From Prochlorococcus sp. AG-449-P16 (GTDB lineage Bacteria > Cyanobacteriota > Cyanobacteriia > PCC-6307 > Cyanobiaceae), in NCBI GenBank assembly GCA_003212175.1, contig QCQN01000004.1:10506-74505 (forward strand): a DNA stretch of 64,000 nt, in the 5' to 3' direction. Shown piece by piece: positions 63,741-64,000 of this stretch. How positions within the stretch are numbered: position 1 is the stretch's first letter; each line of letters begins with the position of its first letter. Below the pieces are notes generated by a model. The model was not told the origin of the DNA. It saw only the letters and a list, made by a program, of their open reading frames with translations, and searched no databases. Both the position numbers and the translations under genes were made by a program.

Positions 63741-63935
63741 ATGGCTTCACAAATTTTTAAAGGTAATAAAAATCCTATAAAAAAGAAATTTTCTTTTTTT
63801 GAGGGTGGACATCAACTAGAAAAGTTAGAGTTTGCTCTTGCTGTTGCTCAAACTAAGGGTGATCAAGAACTATCTTTAAAGTTAAGAAAAAAGATAGTTG
63901 AATTAGGAGGAAATGTTGAGGAACCTGGAACTTAG
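63741..63935 (+). CDS. Small conserved hypothetical protein
   Basis: 64 aa, ATG start; EGGHQLEKLEFALAVA...LGGNVEEPGT. Confidence 0.75.
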   Translation: MASQIFKGNKNPIKKKFSFFEGGHQLEKLEFALAVAQTKGDQELSLKLRKKIVELGGNVEEPGT

Positions 63936-64000
63936 ATTGTCTTGAGATCCTTCATGGCAATTTTTAATGCCTCTCCAGCTTGATTACATGAAATTTTACC
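63932..64000 (-). CDS. 3' end of a gene extending beyond the window (possibly a class V aminotransferase)
   Basis: Open frame ...GKISCNQAGEALKIAMKDLKTI* with the stop overlapping the previous gene; product is a guess from expected gene order. Confidence 0.4.
   Translation of the reverse strand, partial: GKISCNQAGEALKIAMKDLKTI

Overview
This AT-rich, gene-dense window comes from a high-light-type Prochlorococcus-like marine picocyanobacterium (inferred from gene content, gene order and composition) and spans the replication origin. Left arm: pabB/pabC-cobA-MFS-ppk1-group 2 sigma-polyprenol kinase-DAHP synthase-acnB-ClC-purU-oxidoreductase-dnaK-aroE-rpsF-argG-mraY-sps-uvrA-recN-ABC1 kinase-thrC. 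The origin lies at about 31.36-31.70 kb. Right arm: dnaN-purL-purF-parC-like-TPR-queG-nusB-ftsY-PP2C-argH-rbp-dusA-msrB-grpE-dnaJ-rsgA-ybaB-murB-murC-gap2-thiL-cyclophilin-efp-accB-pdxA, then several small conserved genes. It is essentially core genome: I saw no tRNA/rRNA, integrase, transposase, prophage or CRISPR array. The interesting signal is mostly non-coding. (1) A near-perfect cyanobacterial LexA box lies in a 37-bp divergent gap in front of a 78-aa single-pass membrane protein, a candidate SOS-induced division inhibitor, next to an HNH nuclease. (2) The oriC shows tandem DnaA boxes followed by DnaA-trios. (3) rpsF has a structured leader resembling the S6:S18 autoregulatory RNA. (4) K-box-like elements lie upstream of dnaK and of grpE-dnaJ. 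(5) ftsY contains a near-perfect 24-bp VNTR. All motif calls were made by eye and no database searches were run.
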